From Candidatus Latescibacterota bacterium (lineage in GTDB: Bacteria; Latescibacterota; UBA2968): a stretch of 64,000 bases of DNA. The notes beneath the pieces were generated by a model. It ran no database searches. It was not told the DNA's origin and saw only the letters and a program-made list of their open reading frames with translations. Below, in pieces: positions 48,260 through 56,785 of this stretch. Position numbers and translations under genes: made by a program. Position 1 is the stretch's first letter. Each line of letters starts with the position of its first letter. The stretch covers positions 4,320,001 to 4,384,000 of the forward strand of contig OZ220741.1 in NCBI GenBank assembly GCA_965116885.1, given 5' to 3'.

Positions 48260-48293
48260 TTGACAAAAATATAAAAAATGATTACTTTGTCAA
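48260..48293. promoter_or_regulatory. Overlapping divergent promoters / inverted-repeat operator
   Basis: TTGACAAA-N18-TTTGTCAA; + strand TTGACA-17-TACTTT; - strand TTGACA-16-TATTTT. Confidence 0.7.
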
Positions 48294-48314
48294 GTAATAA
48301 ACTAAGGAGAAATA

Positions 48315-48689
48315 ATGGCTGGTGGAAATTACATTGCCGCGAATATTGCCCGATTGCGGCTGGACCGGCAGTTGACCCAGGAGGAACTCGCCCGAAAAGC
48401 GGGCCTCTCGCGGATGGCACTCGGAAATATCGAGCGCGGCACTGTCGTCCCTCGTGCCCGGACCCTCACCGCTCTTGGAAAAGCACTACGGGTTCCGATC
48501 CGCGATCTCGTGATGCCTGTGCGGCCTCTCGAGACCGTGCGATTTCGATCTCAGGCACGGGTACATGCCCGAGCTCAGATCCTGGCCGAAGTTGCAAAAT
48601 GGCTCGATGCCTACACTCAGATTGAATCTGACCTCAACGCGTCGTGCCCCTTTCGTTTAAAACTGTTTCTCAACCGGGGAATCCGATGA
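48315..48689 (+). CDS. XRE-family HTH regulator (N-terminal half of an HTH-ImmA/IrrE protein)
   Basis: LTQEELARKAGLSRMALGNIERG, VRFRS linker; SD AAGGAG. Confidence 0.88.
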   Translation: MAGGNYIAANIARLRLDRQLTQEELARKAGLSRMALGNIERGTVVPRARTLTALGKALRVPIRDLVMPVRPLETVRFRSQARVHARAQILAEVAKWLDAYTQIESDLNASCPFRLKLFLNRGIR

Positions 48690-49444
48690 AAACCGCACAG
48701 GCCGCGCGCGAAGCCATTGGATTTGGCACGGAAGAGCCGGTTCGCGATATCTGTGGACTGCTTGAGGAAAATGGTGTAAAGATCTTCCTCCTCAATAAGA
48801 AGAGTGACTCTTTCTTTGGTCTAAGCGTCGGTGCAAGAGATGGCGGCCCCGCTGTAGTAGTCAATACATGGGATCGCATCTCAGTAGAGCGTTGGATCTT
48901 TACCGCAGTACATGAACTCGGCCATTTGTTACTCCATCCCACCCAATATCAGCGCGACGCCACCGAACTCCCCATGCAAGCAGAGCGCGAGGCCGACGCC
49001 TTTGCGAGTCACTTTCTAATGCCAGAAGCAGGTTTCGCACCGGAGTGGGATGAAACCCGTGGACACCCACTCCTCGTTCGCGTCCTCAAGGTCAAGCGCA
49101 TCTTTCGAGTGAGTTACAAAACCGTACTCTATCGACTGGTCGAATCGGACCGTGAAACCTCAGATATTTGGCGTACATTCCAGTGCCAGCATCGCCACTA
49201 TTTTGGCAAGACCCTGCGAAAAACCGATGAGCCTATGGCACTCGATAAGAGCGAATTTGCCTGGAACTGGAGCCGCTCAGGCGAGCCTGAGGGTCTCTCC
49301 CGGCACGACTTCGTCGAAGATCGCCTCTTGCGGCTCGTGCGACAAGCGCTTGAGCAAGAGCACATTTCACTTGGGCGTGCCGCCGAGATTCTGGGACTAC
49401 ATCGTGAGGAAATGAGAAGGTATGCGCGCGAGTGGGTGGGGTAA
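48644..49444 (+). CDS. ImmA/IrrE (M78) zinc metallopeptidase in the -1 frame relative to the HTH; possible own start ATG 48686
   Basis: FTAVHELGHLLLH (HExxH), EREADAFASHFLMP, C-terminal ISLGRAAEILGL. Confidence 0.88.
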   Translation: MPLSFKTVSQPGNPMKTAQAAREAIGFGTEEPVRDICGLLEENGVKIFLLNKKSDSFFGLSVGARDGGPAVVVNTWDRISVERWIFTAVHELGHLLLHPTQYQRDATELPMQAEREADAFASHFLMPEAGFAPEWDETRGHPLLVRVLKVKRIFRVSYKTVLYRLVESDRETSDIWRTFQCQHRHYFGKTLRKTDEPMALDKSEFAWNWSRSGEPEGLSRHDFVEDRLLRLVRQALEQEHISLGRAAEILGLHREEMRRYAREWVG

Positions 49445-49969
49445 ATGGCGATGGTTCAGACCGTACTTCTCGCGGATGCAGATGTGCTTATAGACTACCG
49501 CGAGTCGGAGTTGGATATTCTTAAACTCGTGGTGCAACACATAGGGAGAATTGTTGTTTTAGCACCTGTACTCGATGAGGTACAAGGCGTAACACCGACA
49601 CAATGCAAACAACTCGGCATTGAGGTTGTCGAGGTAACAACAGAGCAATTGGTACAGGCTTCGGAAGGCGAGTCACGCGTGTCCTTCAACGACCGCCTCT
49701 GTCTGATCGCCTGCCGAGATGAGGGCTGGACGTGTGTCACGAACGACGGTGCGCTCCGGCGCCTCTGTGAACACCACAGCGTGACAACGCGATTTGGCCT
49801 CGGCCTCATGGTAGATCTGGTTGCTGTTGGTGTTCTCACGCGGCGGCGTGCCCTGACTATCGCACGACAAATCCAGGCCTCCAACTCTATATATATCAAC
49901 GAGCGTGTAATCACCCGCTTCAGGGCTGCGCTTGTTGCGACCATCCCACGAGGTCGTGCAGGTGCTTAG
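49445..49969 (+). CDS. PIN-domain-like protein
   Basis: LLADADVLIDY, VLDEV, SFNDRLCL, VTNDGALRR acidic PIN pattern; abuts the peptidase stop. Confidence 0.78.
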   Translation: MAMVQTVLLADADVLIDYRESELDILKLVVQHIGRIVVLAPVLDEVQGVTPTQCKQLGIEVVEVTTEQLVQASEGESRVSFNDRLCLIACRDEGWTCVTNDGALRRLCEHHSVTTRFGLGLMVDLVAVGVLTRRRALTIARQIQASNSIYINERVITRFRAALVATIPRGRAGA

Positions 49970-50014
49970 CACTGCTAATCCATTGAGCGATGAAGGTGTA
50001 TCCGCTCATTGCTT

Positions 50015-50287
50015 CTACCTACCCCTATTACGCGCTTGCATCAGATTATAGGCAGTCTGACGGCGCAGCCAGAACTCGGCATTAGACCATCCTACCTTCT
50101 CCAGCCGAATAGCCATCTCAGGTGAAATAGCCGCATGACCATTCAGTACACATGAAAGCGTGTGACGGGCCACGCCCAATACCCTCGCGGCTTCGGTAAT
50201 ATTCAGACCGAGGGGTACCAGACAGTTCTCTTTGATGCTGAGGCCGGGATGGGGTGGATTCTTCATAGCCATGGCATCGTCCTTCAT
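50015..50287 (-). CDS. higA: HigA family antitoxin (no HigB adjacent)
   Basis: [38 protein letters not shown]. Confidence 0.88.
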   Translation of the reverse strand: MKDDAMAMKNPPHPGLSIKENCLVPLGLNITEAARVLGVARHTLSCVLNGHAAISPEMAIRLEKVGWSNAEFWLRRQTAYNLMQARNRGR

Positions 50288-51186
50288 TTTATCACTCCGA
50301 ACAGCGCGAAGGAGAAATTTGGTGCTGGATCGACCAGATCGCTTCTATCTTTCAAATAACGCCTCTTTTGCTCCTCGGGCGGAATGGTCTCGATCTCCAC
50401 AAAGCCAATGCGCGACATCTCGTCATTCAATTCCTCGGGCGTAAACACGGACAACATCGGCTCCCCTCGGCGCGCCACAAACCGGTCCAACCTGTCGGCG
50501 AAAGGCAAACTCTCTTCGGGGATAAGGTGCCTGGCGAGCTTATAATCGAAAACAATGCGGCTGCCAGGCGCGGCAACATCTGCGACGCGACCAAACGTCT
50601 CCCTTATCGCGTCCTTCGTAAGATAATAAGTCGTTCCCAACCATGAAAAAAAGGCGGGCTTCTCTGGATCGAATCCCGCTCGGATAAGTGCCTCATTCAA
50701 CTGGTCGGTCTCAAAATCAATGGGAACAAATACCAGATTGGAGGGCACATCGCCATTGACCGCGCGCACCTGTGTCTCTTTCGTCGCCTGGGTCGCGGGA
50801 TGATCCAGCTCGAATATCCGCACGCCATCTGCGAATTCCTTGTGGCGCATGGAAAACGTATCGAGACCTGCACCGAGGATCACGTACTGCCCGACGCCCT
50901 CCGATATCGCCTCCATGAGACGGTCTTCCGCATATCTGGCTCGCAGAATAACCTCGGTATGTATGGGGCGGAACGATTGGAACACCTTGTGAACAACGAA
51001 CCAGCTAAGCAATCTGTTCTTGGCGATCACGCGCCAGATAAACGGCACCATGTCAACCGCATAATCATCCGCAAAAACCGGGAATTTGCTCTGCTGATAA
51101 TGATACGCGCGTACACTTGCTGCGAGTGCCGCCGTCTTGCTCGTCCTGTGCTTGTGTGCGGATATTCCAGATTGCGGAGAAGACAT
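50284..51186 (-). CDS. SAM-dependent methyltransferase (LCM/TIGR00027-like)
   Basis: [32 protein letters not shown]. Confidence 0.88.
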   Translation of the reverse strand: MSSPQSGISAHKHRTSKTAALAASVRAYHYQQSKFPVFADDYAVDMVPFIWRVIAKNRLLSWFVVHKVFQSFRPIHTEVILRARYAEDRLMEAISEGVGQYVILGAGLDTFSMRHKEFADGVRIFELDHPATQATKETQVRAVNGDVPSNLVFVPIDFETDQLNEALIRAGFDPEKPAFFSWLGTTYYLTKDAIRETFGRVADVAAPGSRIVFDYKLARHLIPEESLPFADRLDRFVARRGEPMLSVFTPEELNDEMSRIGFVEIETIPPEEQKRRYLKDRSDLVDPAPNFSFALFGVIK

Positions 51187-51187
51187 A

Positions 51188-52159
51188 CTAATCCTTCCAG
51201 ACCATCACCACGGCCATTGCCTCATCAAGACGCGTGTACAACAAATCAAATGCTTCTGCAGCATCCTCATAATCAAAACGATAGGTTACCATTTTCCAGG
51301 TCTGGATCTTATCTTCCATCAACAACTGGATCGCCGTATCCGACCCCTGTGGCCGGTACGCGCTGTTCAGATATCCTCCAATCAGGCGTTTGCCCTGAAT
51401 TTTTGACGAATCCAGAGGCAGTGGCTCGCCCTCATACAATCCCACAACCTGCAACAACCCACCCCCACGCACCATATCTTGCGCCTGTGCAAATGCCTGC
51501 GCGCCCGCACGTCCCCCCACTGCTTCAACCACAACATCTGCACCCCTACCATCAGTAAGCTCTTTCACCGCTGCAATCGGATCGGTCTCGCCCGCATTCA
51601 CCACAGCACTCGCACCCAACTGTTCCGCCAAATCGCAACGCAAGGATAAGGCATCGACCGCGATTACGCGGCAATTTTGCAAATGTCGTGCGACCTGCAT
51701 ACAGCAACTCCCCACCAGACCTTGTCCTAAAATCACCATGGCATCGTCTGGACCAGCCCCAGTTTCTCGCATCCACAGCACCGAACTCGTAGTCAGGGGC
51801 CAAAAAGTCGCCGCCTCGGATGTAACCGCATCGGGTAGCGAAACCACAGACGGTTTATGGCGCGAATTGACAACCTCAACAGCCACGTACTCGGCATGCG
51901 GCGCCAGAGCCGCTACTCGCTCCCCCATCGAAAAATCATCGACCTGCGCCCCTACCTGCACAATCGTTCCAGCGAGCGAATATCCCATCATCTGGTGATC
52001 AATCGCTTCTTCTCGCACATACCGCCGCCAGATCTCAGACCCTCTGCTAATCAGCGTGCGTTCCGTTCTGATAAGCACCTCTGTCTGTCGAATCTCTGGC
52101 AAAGGCACATCTTCGATCTCGACATGATACGCGCCTTCGGGTTTAATCACGCGCTTCAT
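51188..52159 (-). CDS. MDR-superfamily (zinc-type alcohol dehydrogenase-like) oxidoreductase
   Basis: ISRGSE, GYS, ILGQGLVG, GADVVVEAVG; start ATG 52159 after GGAGG. Confidence 0.85.
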   Translation of the reverse strand: MKRVIKPEGAYHVEIEDVPLPEIRQTEVLIRTERTLISRGSEIWRRYVREEAIDHQMMGYSLAGTIVQVGAQVDDFSMGERVAALAPHAEYVAVEVVNSRHKPSVVSLPDAVTSEAATFWPLTTSSVLWMRETGAGPDDAMVILGQGLVGSCCMQVARHLQNCRVIAVDALSLRCDLAEQLGASAVVNAGETDPIAAVKELTDGRGADVVVEAVGGRAGAQAFAQAQDMVRGGGLLQVVGLYEGEPLPLDSSKIQGKRLIGGYLNSAYRPQGSDTAIQLLMEDKIQTWKMVTYRFDYEDAAEAFDLLYTRLDEAMAVVMVWKD

Positions 52160-52390
52160 GGAACACCTCCGGAGACAGTTGTAAAAGATATACAGGATAA
52201 GGCCCAGGAAGGAGTGGGTCTGTGCCAAGGAGCCAACCGCAAGATGGATGGGACATACAGAATAGAGATAGATGGAAGACCCAGGAGGGAGAAGGAGTCA
52301 ATAATCAGTAGTTATTGTTCATAATCCATCGGGCCACATCTCCGCGCAATTTATGGCATAACTTTCACCACACGGTTTTGAGCAGCACGC

Positions 52391-54646
52391 TCACGTTGGC
52401 CAACATTGCTTATTAATAGTGTCTATTTGCTCAATTTCATCCATGAGCGATTGCAAAGGTACCGGAACAGTCACATCCTGAGATACATTAATTTGTCCAT
52501 CGTGATTATTCACAAGACTAACTTTGAATTTCTCTTTATGGGTTATAAATAAGGACGTCCCATTTCCATTATCAATCTTTAATCCAGGTGGAGTATTATC
52601 ATGAACGTAAATATAATTGACATTAGTAGCCAATTTAACGAACTGTTCTTCTTGATTTCTTTTTTTGAGTTCAATCCCTAAGACATAGGTTTTTAACTCA
52701 GCATGATAACTAGACATGCGCGTCTTTGTTAGAAGATATACTTCGCCATTGTCTTTTCTTATATTCCTCTCGTTGCAATATAAAATAGCCTCGGGATATA
52801 AAATAAAATACTGCCTCCAATCATTAACATCAGCTTCATTAATCATACCTTTTAAATTTTGAACGATATCACCATCTAAACTATCAAGAAGCTTTTTAAA
52901 AACACCTTTTTCATTATTGAAAACTCTTTGTTGGCTTTGTGGGTACTCATTACGCTCACGAGCAGAGCCAGAACTAGGTCTACAGAACGAGAGGTTTTCT
53001 CCTGTTTTTATCAAATAATTGTCAATAGAGAGAAGTGCCCTCTGAACAAGAAATTCTTCAGGGGCAAAAAGAGAGAGATCGAACAACTCGGAGGCTTTTT
53101 TACCATATTGTCTAAACGCAGATTGATTGTACGTGCCCTCTTTAGTTTTTGAATATTGTAAGAGAAAACCTATTCGACCTTGGAAGTATTTATGCGCTTC
53201 AAATTTAATAAACAATTGTTCCCAAGATGTATCCCGTAAAATTAACTGCGCTTTTAGTCTCTCTTCTTCACGCTGAGGCATATAGAAGAATTCAATATCA
53301 TCTGATTCCATTTTGCTCAAAGCTTCATATAACTTCATTGAGTGAACTGAGAATTTTTTTAATGACTGAATCGAACTAACAAATGTAGGGATGTCATCAA
53401 TTCGAGTATTATCAATCAGATTGTTTGTGACACGCGTCCATTTTCTAAGCTGTTCTTCGCACTTTTCTTTCCATTCATCCAAAACATCAAATTGAGATAC
53501 GAACACCCAAAAAGCATAAAATTTAGCCAAGGTGTTGTAATCATCTTGAAAAATAACCTTAGCAAACAAATTCTTACCGCTCGTCGTAATATGTAATCTA
53601 TAAAATTCGAGGAAATTGTAAATTTTCTTTATAGAACATTTATTAAAAGAATCTTTATTTTCAAACTCCGAAACTGAAATATTGTTACCTCTTGGGCGTA
53701 ATGAGGAAATCCATTTTCTACTTGCCTCCTCAATAGAGTGACGGTCTGATTTTGCCTTTTCACATGCATCGAAAAGTGCTACAACTTCAAAAAACCTCAA
53801 ATAGTGTGTATCAATATCGCTACTGCCTCGCTCCCTCAAGTCCCAAAATATATCAGTCCAATCTTGATCCACTTTTAATTCAAATTGCTGCTTCGACAGA
53901 ATTAAAGGGAGTTTATCTAAATGCCCAAACAGCCAAGCTTTAAAATTTTCAAATGGAGTAAGCGTTTTACCTCTAGCATTCATTTTTATGTATAGATCGT
54001 CAGACAAACCAAAATCTTTCATATTTAAAAACTGAAATGTGATATATGGATTTTGAGTTTGAATCAGTCGATTATAAAAACCAGAGGAAGCACCAAATAA
54101 TTCGTTAATCAGATCTAACATAACCAAGCAGGACTTTATCGTAGGATCTAACTTCCAAGAAAGAAAAAACCATCGGCAATCCACCATTTTCTGAGATAAA
54201 GCCATCGATTCTCCTTGTTCATCAGGTAACTCAAATGGCTGCGTGGCTAGCGCATCAAAGAACTCAGACGAACTTGGCCTTGTTTGATACGTAAACCGAG
54301 ATTGCCCATCACTTTGAATACGATCCTGAAATTCATCAAGTCGTTCATCTTTAACTGCAAGATACCAATGTAACAAAAAGAGTGTTGTTAAACGCTGTTG
54401 TCCATCTAATAATGAAAATTTCTGATCGGATTGAGTCCCTTCAAAACTTCCATAAACAAAATCCAAGTCCAGCGGCTGCTGGCTAGAAAGCGCGTCATAG
54501 ATCGCTCGCAAAAACTGCTTCCGCACGTCAACAGTAGATTCTCTACCTTGGGCATAATCACGCTGAATTATTGGTATTTCAACTTGTAAATCTTCAGCGA
54601 AAAGTTGAAAAAAAGTCAAGCTTTTACCATTTTTACCAGAGTCCAT
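52391..54646 (-). CDS. DUF262 (GmrS/ParB-like) domain protein, 751 aa, no HNH motif seen
   Basis: IPIIQRDYAQGR, LDGQQRLTTL, LYIKMNARGK.LT.FENFKA; AT-rich. Confidence 0.88.
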   Translation of the reverse strand: MDSGKNGKSLTFFQLFAEDLQVEIPIIQRDYAQGRESTVDVRKQFLRAIYDALSSQQPLDLDFVYGSFEGTQSDQKFSLLDGQQRLTTLFLLHWYLAVKDERLDEFQDRIQSDGQSRFTYQTRPSSSEFFDALATQPFELPDEQGESMALSQKMVDCRWFFLSWKLDPTIKSCLVMLDLINELFGASSGFYNRLIQTQNPYITFQFLNMKDFGLSDDLYIKMNARGKTLTPFENFKAWLFGHLDKLPLILSKQQFELKVDQDWTDIFWDLRERGSSDIDTHYLRFFEVVALFDACEKAKSDRHSIEEASRKWISSLRPRGNNISVSEFENKDSFNKCSIKKIYNFLEFYRLHITTSGKNLFAKVIFQDDYNTLAKFYAFWVFVSQFDVLDEWKEKCEEQLRKWTRVTNNLIDNTRIDDIPTFVSSIQSLKKFSVHSMKLYEALSKMESDDIEFFYMPQREEERLKAQLILRDTSWEQLFIKFEAHKYFQGRIGFLLQYSKTKEGTYNQSAFRQYGKKASELFDLSLFAPEEFLVQRALLSIDNYLIKTGENLSFCRPSSGSARERNEYPQSQQRVFNNEKGVFKKLLDSLDGDIVQNLKGMINEADVNDWRQYFILYPEAILYCNERNIRKDNGEVYLLTKTRMSSYHAELKTYVLGIELKKRNQEEQFVKLATNVNYIYVHDNTPPGLKIDNGNGTSLFITHKEKFKVSLVNNHDGQINVSQDVTVPVPLQSLMDEIEQIDTINKQCWPT

Positions 54647-54657
54647 TTGTCACCTTC

Positions 54658-56466
54658 TTATTCAGTAGAAAAAAAGTCAACAAGGGTATCTATAATTGAT
54701 TCCAAGATGTCCTCACTATCTCTCTTACTCCATACCATCATGTTATCAATTTTCTTGCTGTAATATTTTAGAAAAAGGTTTTTTGTACATAAAGGGACAA
54801 ATGTACCCTTTTTATCTAATTCTAGGATCAACTTACGCTTAATTGGGAAAACAGCATTTTTGTAGCTTCGATTAGTGGTTGCATCTAAAAGGGTTAAATT
54901 TCCTATCGAGTTATTAGTTTCACTACTATCACTATTGATATCAGTCTCGTTATTACCATTAAAGTGTACAAGTAGTTCATCATATAATTCCTCAAATGCC
55001 TTACTATCAAAAGTTTTTCCAGATATCAGCTTGATGCAACGACTACAGAATATTTGTTCTTTTTCATTTGATATTTTTTCGATGCTTTCTTGTTGCTGAT
55101 GCTTTTTTTTCTCACCTGTAAAATATACCAGAACATTTTCAAGCCATGATTTCTGATCGCGTGGGCTCACAGGCATTACTGATTTTATAGATCTAACATG
55201 TTCGATATCCCAACTTTCTTTTTTAAAGCTATCAAATTGAAAACGCATATTTGACGATGTGTTAGCAATAAGAGTTGCGATATTAAACAGTAGCAATGAA
55301 GAACGAATTTTGGATTTGTTACCATCGTAATCCCAATTTGCTAAGTGGTCTTTCAAACTATCACGCAGTTTGTCGCCACCAAGTTCTTCCAAGGATTGTT
55401 GGTCGTCATCAAAAAGGGACTTGAATATCTTTGCTTTCAAGACATTACGAAATTCTCTCTTAGACTCACAGTTATCAGCATCTTTTTTAATTTCTGCAAT
55501 CGATTTCCCTTCATTAACCAGATAACCAATCAAGTGATATAAATATCGGTCATTATACCACTCTTCAATAGTCATAAAGTATTTCTTGATGTTCGTCCAC
55601 TCAGGATTTGATATGTCTTGATCGGCAAATTTCTTATTAAATACTAAAAAAGTATAGTAAGGATCATTTTTAAAGCCAGCTTCAGTTATAGATTCATCCG
55701 CAATAAGCTCTAAAATAAATTCTATTCTATTCGAAAAATTGTCTTTATTACTGATGAAATACCAACATGAATCAGATTGAAGAGACTTTTCTATTCCATC
55801 CCATTCTTGCGCGATCTTAATCTGTTGAAGTGTAATTTCACTTTTGTTAAAATTTTTGGAACGTAAAAAAAGTGCTTTCACAAGCTCAGAGTTTGTTAGT
55901 GGAATCTTGCCAATGTTTAAACGAGAAAAGACAGCTATTGGGTCTATAGCTGTCTTGATTTCGTACCAGATTACCTTAACCTTATTTAGAAAGACAGATT
56001 CAATATCATTAATTCGGTTCTCGTGTGCTTGAAACCAGTCTTCGATCTCTTGGAAACTCTCGTATATATGAAAAAAATCAATATTTTTTTTTCTTTTACT
56101 TGCATCAAGCGATTTTAAGTACTTTTTACTATCCTCACGCGTTTGGTATTCAATTGAAAAAATGCTTTTCTGATATTTCTCATTCAATCGACTGTTGAAA
56201 TACTTCAGGATAAGAAAAATGACGGTAAGACGTTGCTGGCCATCAACTAGCTCCCATTGCCCCTCTTTATCCTTAACAACAATAGGCTGCAAACAATAAA
56301 ATTCGTCTTTAGATACATGCTCTTTATCACAAAATTCAAGTACATCTTCAAGCAATTCTTTTACTTGTCGTCTTTTCCATCGGAAACCTCGTTGATATGC
56401 TGGTATGAAAAATTTTTCCGAAAGAAGATCATTGATCGGCTTTAAACTCAGTGCGTTGTCATTCAT
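54658..56466 (-). CDS. DUF262 plus DUF1524 (HNH) GmrSD-like protein, 602 aa
   Basis: IPAYQRGFRW, VDGQQRLT, FSRLNIGKIPL; C-terminal WDIEHV...NSIGNLTLL...N; AT-rich. Confidence 0.9.
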   Translation of the reverse strand: MNDNALSLKPINDLLSEKFFIPAYQRGFRWKRRQVKELLEDVLEFCDKEHVSKDEFYCLQPIVVKDKEGQWELVDGQQRLTVIFLILKYFNSRLNEKYQKSIFSIEYQTREDSKKYLKSLDASKRKKNIDFFHIYESFQEIEDWFQAHENRINDIESVFLNKVKVIWYEIKTAIDPIAVFSRLNIGKIPLTNSELVKALFLRSKNFNKSEITLQQIKIAQEWDGIEKSLQSDSCWYFISNKDNFSNRIEFILELIADESITEAGFKNDPYYTFLVFNKKFADQDISNPEWTNIKKYFMTIEEWYNDRYLYHLIGYLVNEGKSIAEIKKDADNCESKREFRNVLKAKIFKSLFDDDQQSLEELGGDKLRDSLKDHLANWDYDGNKSKIRSSLLLFNIATLIANTSSNMRFQFDSFKKESWDIEHVRSIKSVMPVSPRDQKSWLENVLVYFTGEKKKHQQQESIEKISNEKEQIFCSRCIKLISGKTFDSKAFEELYDELLVHFNGNNETDINSDSSETNNSIGNLTLLDATTNRSYKNAVFPIKRKLILELDKKGTFVPLCTKNLFLKYYSKKIDNMMVWSKRDSEDILESIIDTLVDFFSTE

Positions 56467-56634
56467 ATCAGATGGGATTTTTATTTTTATCGTGAGGTTG
56501 TTTCATTTTAGAGGTTTTATGTATTGCTATTTCATTTTATGAAATTAAACTTTTGGACAATTGTCAACAAATAAAAGAAGTCGCCAAAGGCAAGGATGAG
56601 CGACAAACGATGGATCATCCTCAAACGCTTGTGA

Positions 56635-56657
56635 ACATTCACGCACATTCACGCACA
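56635..56657. repeat. 10-bp tandem repeat (ACATTCACGC)x2
   Basis: Read directly from the intergenic sequence. Confidence 0.7.
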
Positions 56658-56785
56658 ATATATCCCAGGTTTTGTTTTTGACCAAAACAGGCAAAAAAGA
56701 GTCTCGTCCTTTTAATAAAGCAATTACAGTCTTCAAACTACCCAGATTTTAGTAATGGTTAATGGAAGGTGTGGGCAGCCCCGCC

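Noticed and set aside
28728..56466. The MTase and the DUF262 pair as a single R-M system
   Set aside because: They are more than 20 kb apart with housekeeping genes between them, and GmrSD-like enzymes do not need a cognate methylase
56545..56736. 63-aa ORF upstream of the DUF262 pair as a third system component
   Set aside because: TTG start, no recognisable motif, spans a tandem repeat; most likely non-coding leader DNA
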